Both the position numbers and the translations under genes were made by a program. Below are positions 1-10,253 of a stretch of 64,000 bases of DNA, in pieces. This DNA is from Candidatus Krumholzibacteriia bacterium (GTDB lineage: Bacteria > Krumholzibacteriota > Krumholzibacteriia > JAJRXK01). The notes beneath the pieces were generated by a model. It was not told where the DNA came from, searched no databases, and saw only the letters and a list, made by a program, of their open reading frames with translations. The stretch is from positions 728,287 through 792,286 of the forward strand of contig JBGPIA010000002.1 of NCBI GenBank assembly GCA_041484665.1, given 5' to 3'. Numbering within the stretch: position 1 is the stretch's first letter; each line of letters begins with the position of its first letter.

Positions 1-2
1 AA

Positions 3-377
3 GCGCTCGCACAGGAGCCCTGGCTGCTCATGGACCGCATCCCGCCGGACCTGGTGGGACGGCTGGGACAGTCGCTGGGCGCCGACGCGCTGCTGATGGG
101 CTCCCTGCTCTCCTACGGCTACCGCGAGTCCGGCGGCGAGCGCACGCCCCAGGTCTCCTTCTCGCTGCGCCTGGTGCAGGTGCCGAGCGCGCGCGTGCTC
201 TGGAGTGCCGTACACAGCCGCGACGGCGCCGACCACGAGTGGATCTTTGGCCTGGGGCGCGTGGAGAGTCTCGATCTGCTGACCACGCGGACGGTGGAGG
301 AGATCCTCGAGAGCCTCCCGGTGAATGCCGACGGCAGAGCAGCCACGGCCGAACAAGAAACCGGAAAGGGGAAGTGA
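3..377 (+). CDS. 3' part of a putative lipoprotein (CsgG/GNA1162/TolB-N-like fold) of a multiheme cytochrome cluster; runs in from the left edge
   Basis: Frame is open from nt 3 (ALAQEPWLLMDRIPP...). The pattern 'LGQSLGADALLMGSLLSY...VSFSLRLVQVPSARVLWSA' is typical of CsgG/DUF799-like domains. Confidence 0.6.
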   Translation, partial: ALAQEPWLLMDRIPPDLVGRLGQSLGADALLMGSLLSYGYRESGGERTPQVSFSLRLVQVPSARVLWSAVHSRDGADHEWIFGLGRVESLDLLTTRTVEEILESLPVNADGRAATAEQETGKGK

Positions 378-379
378 CC

Positions 380-949
380 ATGTTCGCGGAGCACGCCCTC
401 GTGGCTTGGTTGATCTGCGGTCTGGCATCGCCGGCGCCTCCTGCGCAGCGCGCGCAGCCCGCGGCAGCTGCGCCGGCAGCCATCGCGCCGGCAGCGCATA
501 CGGCGCCCGCCGCGCATCCGGTGCCCGCCGCGCCGCCGGCAGCGGCCGGGGAAGCGAAGGCGGCCGGCGACTCGACCCAGGCGCCCAACGTCAAGTTCGT
601 GCCCGTGCCGCAGGACACGAGCCTCGTCTTCCTGATCCAGGCCGGCAACCGCCTCTATCCCGAATGGAAGGAGGAGCACAGGGTGCGCCTGCACGAGCGC
701 TTCCCGCTGGGCGACACGCGCAACAGCGCGGAAGTCGGCCGCTTCTTCCCCGACTTCCGCATCATCGACGGCAAGCCCATGAACGTCGGGCGGACGCTGG
801 GCAATCCAGCCATCCGCGTGTTCGTGTTCGAGGAGGAAGCGCCAAAGGACAGCTCGTGGGCGTTCCTGAATTTTCCGCCGCATTTCTCGCCGCACTCGTT
901 CTACACGTTTCAGCTCGAGCAGGTGAAGGGCTACCCAGCCGCGAATTGA
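380..949 (+). CDS. Exported hypothetical protein with Pro/Ala linker and a ResB/DUF2155-like beta domain
   Basis: ATG at 380 after a purine-rich SD (AAAGGGGAAG). Signal-like N-terminus. The motif 'FFPDFRI...NPAIRVFV...WAFLNFP' resembles ResB-type soluble domains. Lies directly upstream of the giant cytochrome. Confidence 0.65.
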   Translation: MFAEHALVAWLICGLASPAPPAQRAQPAAAAPAAIAPAAHTAPAAHPVPAAPPAAAGEAKAAGDSTQAPNVKFVPVPQDTSLVFLIQAGNRLYPEWKEEHRVRLHERFPLGDTRNSAEVGRFFPDFRIIDGKPMNVGRTLGNPAIRVFVFEEEAPKDSSWAFLNFPPHFSPHSFYTFQLEQVKGYPAAN

Positions 950-1021
950 TGCGTCGACTGGAAGGGTTGCCTCCCGGAGAGCGCCCGGCGCCGCGGAGGC
1001 TCGTGGGTGTGGAGGTCTGCC

Positions 1022-4000
1022 ATGCGTAGGGCAACGGGGATCGGGTGGGTGGAGTCCTGGAGGCTCTCCCTGGGGGTCGCGACTGCGTTGGTATGCGCGG
1101 CGGCCACGGCCACGGCGCCGCCAGCGCGCGCCGCCACCGGCCGGCCCTGCTACGAATGCCACAAGGAGGCGCGGGAGCAGTTCAAGAAGCTCGTGGTCCA
1201 TCCACCGGTGGCCAAAGAGGACTGTGAGGCGTGCCACAAACGCCACGGCTTCGCGCAGACGCTGATCCTCCAGAAGAGCTTCCCCGATCTCTGCACCGGA
1301 TGCCACGCGAACGTGATTGCGCCGCCCTCCGGCGCCCAGGCTGGCAAGACGGGGTCCAACCACCTGGTGTACGCGTCGGTGAACTGCGTGTCGTGCCACG
1401 ATCCCCACGCCGCCGACCGCAAGGGCCTCCTGCGCGGCACGCAGGCACAGACCTGCGCCCAATGCCACCCGCGCATCCAGGCCGCGCTCACCGCCAAGGA
1501 GCCGCACAAGCCGTTTGCCGAGGGGAAGTGTGACGCCTGTCACGGAACCCACGACGCGCCGCAACCCAACCTGCTGCTGGCGCCCGAGGCCGAGCTGTGC
1601 GCCCGCTGCCACGGTCCAACGGTGGGGTTGCCGGAACTCCATCGTCGACCGGAGGTGGCGGGCGCCGCCTGCTCCTCGTGCCACGATCCCCACGGGGCGC
1701 CCAAGGCGGGCAGCGGCGGCGGCTACATCCACCAGCCGTTCGCCGAGGCCAACTGTGGCGTCTGCCACACCGACCCCAAGGCCGATCCCAAGGCGCTCAC
1801 CGCCACCCAGGGCGAGCTGTGCGGGACATGCCACGGCGAGGTGGCCACGGTCGCCCAGGCACAGGGTGGACATCCGCCTGCCGCGGCCGGGGATTGCACG
1901 CGCTGCCACGAGCCACACCGCTCCGACCGCGGCGCGCTCCTGAAAGGTGACGCCGAGGATCTTTGCATGCCCTGCCACGGCGACTTGCGCGACCAGCAGA
2001 AGCTCGCCGCGCAGCACGCGCCGTTCCGCGACCTGGACTGCTCCGCCTGCCACGCGCCGCACGGCAGCACGACCACCGCGATGCTGAAACAAGTGCCCCA
2101 GGCGCTGTGCCAGTCCTGTCACCAACCGATCGTGGACAAGGCCAAGGCCGCCAAGGCGCAGCATCCGCCGGTGCTGACGGACTGCTCGGCCTGCCACGTA
2201 CCCCACGCCAGCGAGCAGCCGAAGCTGTTACACGATCTTCCCGGTCAGACCTGCCTTGGCTGCCACTCTGCCCAGGAGGCCGAGCAGAAGCTACCCGTGG
2301 TGCACTTGCCATTCTCCGTGGGTGACTGCGGCTCGTGCCATGGAGCGCACGGGACCGATGTGCCCGGCATGCTGGTGCGCAGCGATCCGGTGCTCTGCAT
2401 CACGTGTCACCGCAAGCAGGGTGACGAGCGGCACATGGCCGCTCCCCACGCCCCGTTCGCTGCGGGCGAATGCTCGACGTGCCACGCCCCGCACGCGGGG
2501 AGGAATGGCGGGCTGCTGGTCTCCTCGCAGCAGGAGCTTTGCGCGAGCTGCCACGGCCAGATCAAAGGCACCGCGGCAGCGGCGACCGCGGCGGCCCCCA
2601 GCGCCGCCAGCCTGCACGCGCCGGTCGCGGGCGGCGAGTGCTCCGCCTGTCACAACCCGCACGCCGTCGACTCGGGCAAGGCGCTGCTGCGCGAGGCGGG
2701 CGGTGCCGAGCTGTGCTTCACGTGCCACACCGCGCTCAAAGACTCCTTCGCCGCGGGCGTCGTCCACGCCCCCGTCAAGGAAGGCAAGTGCACCACTTGT
2801 CACGACGGCCACCAGACCATGGATGACAAGGGCCAGATCCTGCTGAAGACGGCCTGCACCAGCTGCCATGACGCCGGCACGGGCGACTTCCGCAAGATCC
2901 ACGGGGAATTCCAGCTGGAGGCCTCGACCTGCGTGGAGTGCCACGACCCGCACCGCAGCGACGCCAAGGGACTGCTGCGCAAGGTGCGCCACGAGCCGTT
3001 CGCCAGCGATGCGTGCGGTACCTGCCACCAGCCGCCGGCTCCCGGCCGCGCCCCGCAGCTCTTGTCCGAGCAGGGTAAGCTGTGCGCGAGCTGCCACGGC
3101 GCGCCGCAGGAGCCGGCGCCGCCCAAGGGGCTGCACGCGCCCGTGGCCGCCGGTGAGTGCAGCGAGTGTCACAATCCCCATGTGGCGCAGCGGGCCGCCC
3201 TGCTGCGTGGCAGTGGCGGTGACCTGTGCCTGCGCTGCCACGACGACCTCGACTTGGCCCTGAAGACCGCCGGTCCCGAACTCGTCCACAAGCCCGTGGA
3301 GGCCAAGCAGTGCGACGCGTGCCACGGCGGGCACACCGGCATCATGCCGGGCCTGCTGGACCAGAGCGTCCCCGGCTTGTGCGCGACCTGCCACGGCGAT
3401 GTGCTGGAGCGCGCCGGGCGCAAGTTCGGCCACGCGCCCGCCAAGCAGGGCAAATGCCTGGAGTGCCACGACCCGCACCTGGGCAAGAGCAAGGGGCTGC
3501 TGGTCACCGCCAGCACGCGGGAACTGTGCGCCAAGTGCCACGACAGCAACGCTGCGCACTTCCAGACCGCCCATCGCGGCTTCAAGGTCGGACTCGGCAA
3601 CTGCGCCGGCTGCCACGACCCCCACGGGTCGGACCAGAAGGGGCTGATGCCGGCGTTCGCCCACGTTCCGTATGCAGAGGGCGAGTGCGCGTCGTGCCAC
3701 GCATCGCCGGATCAGCTGGTGGCGTCACCGCCGCAGCTGTGCACGAGCTGTCACGACGACCACGCGCAGGACGCCCAGAAGGCCTTCCCGCACAAGGCCG
3801 TCTCCGAAGGGCCGGCGTGCCTCAACTGCCATGCTCCCCACGCAGGCAAGACCGCGTCCCTACTGATCCGCGAGGACGTGGGCAGGACCTGCTGGACGTG
3901 CCACGAGCGCGCCGCCTTCCAGCACAAGAACCAGCACCCCGACCTGCAGAGCGGTTGCACCAACTGCCACGACCCGCACGGCAGCGCTACGGGAAGGATC

Positions 4001-4240
4001 CTGAAGGCGCCCGAGGCGGAGCTCTGCATCAAGTGCCACGACGCCACCAAGACCCACGCCCACCCGATCGGCGCTCCGGCGAAGGACCCGCGCACGGGCG
4101 AGGCCTTGACCTGCACGTCGTGCCACTCGCCGCACAGCAGCGATCAGGAGGCGCTGCTCACGCACGAGAAGAAGCGGGAGCTGTGCGTGCAATGTCACCT
4201 CGGCCCGAACCTCGAGGTGCGCGGCAGGAAGTCGCACTAG
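1022..4240 (+). CDS. Giant periplasmic multiheme cytochrome c (42 CxxCH motifs; paired CxxCH/DmsE-like repeats)
   Basis: Signal peptide followed by 42 CxxCH motifs counted by hand, in recurring 'H.P....CxxCH.PH.S....LL......LCxxCH' units. GGAGG lies upstream of ATG 1022. Confidence 0.95.
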   Translation: MRRATGIGWVESWRLSLGVATALVCAAATATAPPARAATGRPCYECHKEAREQFKKLVVHPPVAKEDCEACHKRHGFAQTLILQKSFPDLCTGCHANVIAPPSGAQAGKTGSNHLVYASVNCVSCHDPHAADRKGLLRGTQAQTCAQCHPRIQAALTAKEPHKPFAEGKCDACHGTHDAPQPNLLLAPEAELCARCHGPTVGLPELHRRPEVAGAACSSCHDPHGAPKAGSGGGYIHQPFAEANCGVCHTDPKADPKALTATQGELCGTCHGEVATVAQAQGGHPPAAAGDCTRCHEPHRSDRGALLKGDAEDLCMPCHGDLRDQQKLAAQHAPFRDLDCSACHAPHGSTTTAMLKQVPQALCQSCHQPIVDKAKAAKAQHPPVLTDCSACHVPHASEQPKLLHDLPGQTCLGCHSAQEAEQKLPVVHLPFSVGDCGSCHGAHGTDVPGMLVRSDPVLCITCHRKQGDERHMAAPHAPFAAGECSTCHAPHAGRNGGLLVSSQQELCASCHGQIKGTAAAATAAAPSAASLHAPVAGGECSACHNPHAVDSGKALLREAGGAELCFTCHTALKDSFAAGVVHAPVKEGKCTTCHDGHQTMDDKGQILLKTACTSCHDAGTGDFRKIHGEFQLEASTCVECHDPHRSDAKGLLRKVRHEPFASDACGTCHQPPAPGRAPQLLSEQGKLCASCHGAPQEPAPPKGLHAPVAAGECSECHNPHVAQRAALLRGSGGDLCLRCHDDLDLALKTAGPELVHKPVEAKQCDACHGGHTGIMPGLLDQSVPGLCATCHGDVLERAGRKFGHAPAKQGKCLECHDPHLGKSKGLLVTASTRELCAKCHDSNAAHFQTAHRGFKVGLGNCAGCHDPHGSDQKGLMPAFAHVPYAEGECASCHASPDQLVASPPQLCTSCHDDHAQDAQKAFPHKAVSEGPACLNCHAPHAGKTASLLIREDVGRTCWTCHERAAFQHKNQHPDLQSGCTNCHDPHGSATGRILKAPEAELCIKCHDATKTHAHPIGAPAKDPRTGEALTCTSCHSPHSSDQEALLTHEKKRELCVQCHLGPNLEVRGRKSH

Positions 4241-4547
4241 CGGCGGGCGACGAGGCGCGAGGCACTGCATTCCCTGCCCGCAGACGTGCACGGTGCGGCT
4301 GCGAGAGATTCGAGTGCCTGGGTGTGGCTCTGTCCGGCCTGGGGCAGTCTACGGGCGACACTCCGCAGCCCCGCGGCCAGCGTTGCCAACGGCGATGTGG
4401 CTGGCGCCCCTTGGCCTGGGCCGCCGAGCGGTGGCCACTCGAGCGTCGCCGCTGACCGCCCAGGCCGAGGGGCCCAGGGCAATGCCGCAGCCACCAGCAG
4501 ATTGCCGCGGGGCGAGGACGTCGCACGGAGACTGCCCCCGGGCCGGG

Positions 4548-4659
4548 CAGCGGCCAGCGGGCAGCGCCCAGTGACCGGCATGCAACGACCAGCAGCCAGC
4601 GACCCGCAGCCAGCGAACAGCGGCCAGCGACACGCTACGAGCGGCAGACGAGCAGCGGC
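4548..4659. repeat. Degenerate heptanucleotide tandem repeat (CAGCGRC-like, about 16 units)
   Basis: cagcggc cagcggg cagcgcc cagtgac cggcatg caacgac cagcagc cagcgac ccgcagc cagcgaa cagcggc cagcgac ... in the convergent intergenic gap. Confidence 0.7.
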
Positions 4660-4682
4660 CGTCCTCTGTCACCGACCCGACG

Positions 4683-6686
4683 CTACGCAGCCTCGCGACT
4701 CTCCCGCAGCGACACGCGCCACAGATAGACGCAGAATCCCGTGAAGCCGACCAGCGAGACGAGCTGCGAGATGCCCAGGTGGTCGTAGAAGGGCGTCTTG
4801 ATCCGATCCTCGGCGTACCAGGGGAAGAGCCGCAGCGCCGCGCCCAGCACGCCGCCCAGAGCGCCGCCGGCCATCAGCCCCGACGCGATGACCACGCCGC
4901 GCTCGCGGATCGAGGCGCCCTTGCGGCCGCCAACCCGCTCGGACCGCCGGGTGAGGAAGTGGTGCAGGAACCCGCCGACCAGGGCCGGCGAGTTCAGCTC
5001 CAGCGGCAGGTACATCCCCAGGGCGAAGACCAGGGCGGGCACCTTCAGCATCTCCATGACCAGGGCGATCATGGCGCCGGCACCGAACAGCAGGTACGCC
5101 ACCGGCTGGCGGCTCATGAACCCCTCGACCAGCGCCTTCATGATCGAAGCCTGGGGGGAGGCCAGCACCACGCGGGTGTCACCCGGCGCGGCCTCGCCGA
5201 ACTGGAATCCCTTGGCCAGCATCACGATGGTCAGGCCGGAGGCCACGGACGCCGCGACCACGCCCAGGAACTTGACGCGCTGCTGCGCCGCGGGCGTGGA
5301 GCCCAGCCAGTAGCCGGTCTTCAGGTCGGTGATGGTCTGGCCGGAGACCGACAGCGCGGTGCAGACCATCCCCGCGATCGCCATGACGAAGAACATCCCG
5401 GACGTGCCCGACACCCCGAACTGCAGCAGCACCACCGACGAGATGATGATGGTCAGCATCGTCATCCCTGAGACCGGATTGCGGGCGGTGGTGGCGATGG
5501 CGTTGGCCGCCACCGAGGTGAAGAAGAACGAGAACACGACGACCAGCAGCAGGCCCAGGATCACGATGCTCAACGAGGCGTGCAGCGTCCCGAAGAAGGC
5601 GGCCACGCCCAGGCTGCTCAGAATGACGCCGACGAGGATCGACATCACGGTGATGTCGCGGTCGGTGCGCTCCAGGCCGCCGTGCTCGCCCTGGCGGAAG
5701 GCGCGCGTAGCGATGGCGAAGCTCCCCAGCACCACGCGCAGCGACTTGATGATCCCGAAGATCCCGGCGGTCGCGATGCAGCCGACGCCGATGAAGCGCA
5801 CGTAGCCGCGAAAGATCTGATTGGCGTCCATCTGGGCGATGGGCACGGTCGCGGGATAGACCACCGCGTCGGGAAAGTGGCGGCCGATCATCCAGATGAG
5901 CGGGACCAGCGCGAAGTTCGCCAGCACGCCCCCGGCGCACAGGATCATCGAGGAACGCAGCCCCATGACGTAGCCCAGTCCGAGGATGAACGCGACCGCG
6001 TCGAAGTTGAACACGACCCGCGCGCGTTGCGCGATCCGCTCCACGACCGGAACGAACCGGAAGCTGATGTTCTCGCTCCAGACGTGGAAGGTCGTTACGA
6101 GGAAGTCGTAGACGCCGGCCAGGGCGGTGGCCTGCAGCAGCAGCTTCGCCTGGGAGCCGCCCTTCTCCCCCGTCACCAGTACCTCGGTGATCGCGGTTGC
6201 CTCGGGGTAAGGCAGCTGCCCGTGCATCTCGCGCACGAAATAGCGCCGCAGCGGGATCAGGAACAGCACGCCCAGGCAGCCGCCGGCCAGACAGATGAAG
6301 ATGGTCTGCAGCGGGTGCGGATCGAGCTTGAGGATGTAGAGCGCGGGCAGCGTGAAGATGGCGCCCGCGACCACCGCGCCCGAGACGCCGCCGATCCCGG
6401 TGATGATCACGTTCTCCAGCAGCGTGGAGCGGCGCGCGTACACGCGGGCCATTCCGATGGCCAGGATCGAGATGGGGATGGCCGCCTCCATCACCTGCCC
6501 GACCTTCAGGCCCGAGTAGGCCGAGGCGATGGTGAAGATCACGCAGAGGAACAGGCCCCACAGCACCGACCGCGCTGTCAGCTCCGGCATCTTTGCGGGA
6601 GCGGGGACGATGGGCTGGTACACCTCACCCGGCGCGAGCCCGGTGTAGGCGTTCTCGGGCAGTGACTTGGTCTGCGCAGCGTCCAT
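4683..6686 (-). CDS. OPT family oligopeptide transporter
   Basis: Motifs 'YSGLKVGQVMEAAIPISI', 'LLENVI', 'LPYPEATAITEVL', 'NPVSGM', 'QTITDLKTGYWLGSTP', 'SPQASIM'. Many TM helices. ATG 6686 has SD AGGGAG. Confidence 0.93.
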   Translation of the reverse strand: MDAAQTKSLPENAYTGLAPGEVYQPIVPAPAKMPELTARSVLWGLFLCVIFTIASAYSGLKVGQVMEAAIPISILAIGMARVYARRSTLLENVIITGIGGVSGAVVAGAIFTLPALYILKLDPHPLQTIFICLAGGCLGVLFLIPLRRYFVREMHGQLPYPEATAITEVLVTGEKGGSQAKLLLQATALAGVYDFLVTTFHVWSENISFRFVPVVERIAQRARVVFNFDAVAFILGLGYVMGLRSSMILCAGGVLANFALVPLIWMIGRHFPDAVVYPATVPIAQMDANQIFRGYVRFIGVGCIATAGIFGIIKSLRVVLGSFAIATRAFRQGEHGGLERTDRDITVMSILVGVILSSLGVAAFFGTLHASLSIVILGLLLVVVFSFFFTSVAANAIATTARNPVSGMTMLTIIISSVVLLQFGVSGTSGMFFVMAIAGMVCTALSVSGQTITDLKTGYWLGSTPAAQQRVKFLGVVAASVASGLTIVMLAKGFQFGEAAPGDTRVVLASPQASIMKALVEGFMSRQPVAYLLFGAGAMIALVMEMLKVPALVFALGMYLPLELNSPALVGGFLHHFLTRRSERVGGRKGASIRERGVVIASGLMAGGALGGVLGAALRLFPWYAEDRIKTPFYDHLGISQLVSLVGFTGFCVYLWRVSLRESREAA

Positions 6687-6783
6687 GGGCTCCCTCGTGT
6701 CTCGCGCACCATGCACGTTGAAGGATCGGTACACCGGATCGAGTGGCCGATGGTAGGGGTCGGCCCCAGGGGCGGGCAAGTTC

Positions 6784-8298
6784 TCAGGTGGGGTGCGGGG
6801 AGCGCTCGATCTCGCGGATCCAGAGACCGAGCCCCACCGTGACGAGCAGGATGAGCGCCACCGCCACGGCCAGCCCAGCCCGCCGGCGCGAGAGCTCGCG
6901 CAAGGCGCCCTCCGCCTGCTCCAGCACGGCGCGCCCACCCTCGGCGCCGCGCCGGTAGGTCTGGGCGAACTGCCCCGGGTCGGAGTGGTCGAAGCTGTGG
7001 ACCAGCACCTCGAGCGAGATCTCGGCATCCACCACTGCGCCCAGCTGGAAGGAAGCCTCGCCAACCTCCATGCCGGCGCGCTCGGCGCTGAGCAGCTTGC
7101 GCCGCGCGTGGGCCGCCAGGCGCGTCAGCTCCTGTTGGTCCTTGGAGAAGCCCGCCGCCACGGTGTAGCCAGCGTCGCCCGGCGCGTGGCAGTCGGCGCA
7201 GCGCGAGCTCGTCTCACCGATCTTGCCGACGCGGAACTTCAGGAACAGCTCGTCGAACTCGGCGCTGTGGTGGCGCTGCTTGGCGCGGTCCACCAGCCAG
7301 TCGAAGCGAGCCTGCGGATCGGTGGCGCCCGCGGCCTGCGACGCGGCCAAGAGCGACGCACGCTCGTCAGCGAACCCGGGCGGGTCGCCGGGAGAGTGGC
7401 AGATGTCACACGGCGTCTCGGGCACCGCAGCCAGCATGACGATGCTGGGGCGCGGCACCTCGTGGGAGCCGTGGCACGACATGCACTCGGGCAGCCCCAG
7501 CTGGTCGAATGCCGCTGCCTTCTTGCTGCCGCGGAACAGCTCCGCCTCGCGCGCGTGGCAGGTGCCGCACACGTTGGTTACGGAGTTGACGCCCGGGGGG
7601 ACCGCACCGTGGTTGCCGTGGCAGTCGTTGCAGGCGGGGGCCGCGGTGTCCTGCCTCTTGAGCAGCGCGATCCCGTGCACGCTCGCCGTGTACTTCGCGT
7701 ACTGGTCGGTGGCGATGCCGTAGGGCGCCATCTTGACAGCGTCGGCGTGGCAGCGGGCGCAGGTCCGCGGAACGTTCAGGGCGTACACCGGCGAGTTGGG
7801 GTTGGACACCGGCAGCAGACCGTGTACGGAGTGGCAGTCCACGCAGGTCGCCACGGTGGCGTCCCCCTGCTGGTTGCGTTTGCCGTGGACGCTGCTGCGG
7901 TACTCGGTCACCTGGTCGATGCGCGCGCGCGGCTGGAAGCGCCGCATGAACTCGGGATCGGAGTGGCAGCGGCCACACCATTCGGCCTGGCGGCTGCGCT
8001 CGGGCTTGCCGACGAAACCGGCCGCCTTGCTCATGGCGGCCTCGGCATCGCCCGCGACGGCCGGATCGGGATTGCCGCCGTGGCAACCGACGCAACCCAG
8101 GCCTTTGGCGGCGTGCACGTCCAGGTCCCAGACGTCCAGTTTGACGACCAGCTCGGGGGCCACGTCCGCCAGCCCCGCGTGGCAGGTCTCGCAGCTGCTG
8201 CGCGGCGCTGCGCTGGCGCCGCGCACCACACCCGCGCCCGCGGTCACCAGGTAGAGCGCCGCGAGGGTGGGCCCCAAGCGTGAGGCTGCTCCCCTCAT
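6784..8298 (-). CDS. Membrane-anchored decaheme cytochrome c (cytochrome c subunit of a Rieske/cytochrome b complex)
   Basis: ATG 8298 overlaps the cytochrome b stop (ATGA). Signal peptide, 10 CxxCH motifs, helical stalk and a C-terminal TM helix. Confidence 0.9.
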   Translation of the reverse strand: MRGAASRLGPTLAALYLVTAGAGVVRGASAAPRSSCETCHAGLADVAPELVVKLDVWDLDVHAAKGLGCVGCHGGNPDPAVAGDAEAAMSKAAGFVGKPERSRQAEWCGRCHSDPEFMRRFQPRARIDQVTEYRSSVHGKRNQQGDATVATCVDCHSVHGLLPVSNPNSPVYALNVPRTCARCHADAVKMAPYGIATDQYAKYTASVHGIALLKRQDTAAPACNDCHGNHGAVPPGVNSVTNVCGTCHAREAELFRGSKKAAAFDQLGLPECMSCHGSHEVPRPSIVMLAAVPETPCDICHSPGDPPGFADERASLLAASQAAGATDPQARFDWLVDRAKQRHHSAEFDELFLKFRVGKIGETSSRCADCHAPGDAGYTVAAGFSKDQQELTRLAAHARRKLLSAERAGMEVGEASFQLGAVVDAEISLEVLVHSFDHSDPGQFAQTYRRGAEGGRAVLEQAEGALRELSRRRAGLAVAVALILLVTVGLGLWIREIERSPHPT

Positions 8299-9512
8299 CG
8301 CGCTCCTCCCTTCTGCTCGCGCGGCGTGGCGAAGACGCCCAACAGAGCGATCGCCGCCACCAGCACCGGAACGACTAGGATGGGCCACCAGGAGCGGTAG
8401 CCGATGGCCGTCAGCACCGCGATGTAGGCGACGACGATGACCCCCACCACCGTGAACACGCGCGCCTCGCCGCCGCGCGCGGCACTGCGGTCCAGGAACG
8501 GGACCAGCAGCAGCAGGAGGGCGCCGCCCATGAAGGCCATGATCGCGTAGGCCTCGTACTCGATCCCCAGCGCCGCGCCGCCCGGCACGTACTTCAGCGT
8601 CTGGAACATGAACATGAAGTACCATTCGGGCCGGATGTTGGCGAAGGCCGGCGCAAAGGGGTCGGCCTTCTCCCCCAGCTCCCAGGGGAAGAAGGCGGCC
8701 AGCGCGGCGAGCACGCCCAGCGCGAGCGCCCATCCGATCAGATCGCGCAACAGGAAGTTGGGGAGGAAGCGCATCTGGCGCCCGCCGTGCGACGGGTCGG
8801 CGATGCCCGCGGCGCGCCGCTGGCGCTCCTCCGCGACGGGCACGCTCATGCCCAGCCGCTGCACCAGGAGCAGGTGCAGCGCCAGCAACGCCACCGTGAT
8901 GGCCGGCAGGATCGCCACGTGCCAGCCGTAGAAGCGCGAGAGCGTGCCGCCCGTCACGCGGTCGCCGCCGCGCAGGAAGCGCAGGGCCCACCCGCCGATG
9001 AAGGGCAGCGTTCCGGGGATGTCGGTGCCCACCTTGGTCGCGAAGTAGGCGAGCTTGTTCCAGGGCAGCAGGTAGCCGCTGAAGCCGAAGGCCAGCGCCA
9101 GGAACAAGAGCAGCGTGCCCGAGAGCCAGGTCAGCTCGCGCGGCTTGCGGTAGGCCCGCAGGAAGAACACGCTGAACAGGTGCAGGAACGCCGCGGCGAT
9201 CATCAGGTTGGCCGACCACGAGTGGATGGAGCGGATCAGCCACCCGAAGGGCACCTGCGTCATGAGGAATTGCACGGACTCGAAGGCCTCATCGGCGCTG
9301 GGGCGGTAGTAGAGCATCAGCAGGATGCCGGTGCACACCTGCACCATGAAGAAGAAGAGGGTCATCCCGCCCAGGTAGTACCAGACCATCGAGCGGTGGA
9401 TCGGAACGGTTTTCTTCCGGGCAGCCTCCTGCAGGACACTGACGCCCAGGCGGTCGTCGAGCCAGCCACGCAGCGTCGTGCGCCGGCCGTCGCTCCCCGT
9501 GCGCGTCCCCAC
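8295..9512 (-). CDS. petB: Cytochrome b subunit of a Rieske/cytochrome b (bc-type) complex, unsplit
   Basis: '[16 protein letters not shown]...LHL', 'YRKPRELTW', 'FSGYLLPW', 'RFYGWH...LHL' heme ligands and 'RPEWYF' Qo motif. GTG 9512 has SD AAGGAG. Confidence 0.93.
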   Translation of the reverse strand: MGTRTGSDGRRTTLRGWLDDRLGVSVLQEAARKKTVPIHRSMVWYYLGGMTLFFFMVQVCTGILLMLYYRPSADEAFESVQFLMTQVPFGWLIRSIHSWSANLMIAAAFLHLFSVFFLRAYRKPRELTWLSGTLLLFLALAFGFSGYLLPWNKLAYFATKVGTDIPGTLPFIGGWALRFLRGGDRVTGGTLSRFYGWHVAILPAITVALLALHLLLVQRLGMSVPVAEERQRRAAGIADPSHGGRQMRFLPNFLLRDLIGWALALGVLAALAAFFPWELGEKADPFAPAFANIRPEWYFMFMFQTLKYVPGGAALGIEYEAYAIMAFMGGALLLLLVPFLDRSAARGGEARVFTVVGVIVVAYIAVLTAIGYRSWWPILVVPVLVAAIALLGVFATPREQKGGAR

Positions 9513-9514
9513 CC

Positions 9515-9964
9515 CTAGGCCTCCTTCTCGACCAGGATGTCGCCTGAGGCATCGTCGACGTGGACCTTGTAGCGCGTCAGCGGTCGCGGAGGGGGTCCGG
9601 CCACGTTGGTGCCGTCCAGGTCGTACCACCCGTTGTGGCAGGCGCACCACAGCCGGTGCTCGCCGGGCCGGTACTGGACCGTGCACGAGAGGTGCGTGCA
9701 GGTGGCCGAAAAGGCGCGCACGTCCCCCGGCGCGGCCTCGACCAGGATCCCAGGGTCGGAGCCGAAGCGGAAGATCTTCCAGCCGCTCTGCCGGAGCTCG
9801 TCGCGCGTGCCCGCCTTGACTTGCCGCGTGGCGGCTTCCGGGATGCGCGGTGGACTGATGTAGCGCAGGACCGGGTAGGCAGCGGAGACGAGCAGGCCTC
9901 CGACGCTCGTCCCCAGCAGCCAGCCCAGGAAAGTGCGTCGCGACGCCGGGCGGGCTTCGCTCAA
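9515..9964 (-). CDS. Rieske 2Fe-2S subunit of the bc-type complex
   Basis: Tat motif SRRTFL plus TM helix; CTHLSC and CACHNG boxes; 'GPPPRPL'. Probable TTG start at 9964 with GGAGG 7 nt upstream. Confidence 0.92.
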   Translation of the reverse strand: MSEARPASRRTFLGWLLGTSVGGLLVSAAYPVLRYISPPRIPEAATRQVKAGTRDELRQSGWKIFRFGSDPGILVEAAPGDVRAFSATCTHLSCTVQYRPGEHRLWCACHNGWYDLDGTNVAGPPPRPLTRYKVHVDDASGDILVEKEA

Positions 9965-10253
9965 GGCCAAGCCTCCAGAAGCGTTTGGGGGTGGGTCTGC
10001 CCTGCGCACCCGGCGCAGGGACTGCAAGTTCGGCCAAACCAGTCACGGCCGTTGGGACCTGTCAAGATTTTTGTCCCCGCAACGGCTCGCCAGCGCGGTC
10101 GTTGGGTGCCCGCACCCACGTCGGGCCCGGTTGCGGGAAGGCGAGGCGCGGTTGTACTCTTCCCCGCTCACCCCACCCCACCCCTCGCGCTCCGGCCGGC
10201 CCGCCCCTGCAGCCGAGCGCGCTCCCCCGTCGGGCAGAAGGAGTGCTCGTCTG

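Noticed and set aside
4241..4547. Short ORFs in the gap after the giant cytochrome
   Set aside because: No SD, motif or codon pattern supporting a gene.
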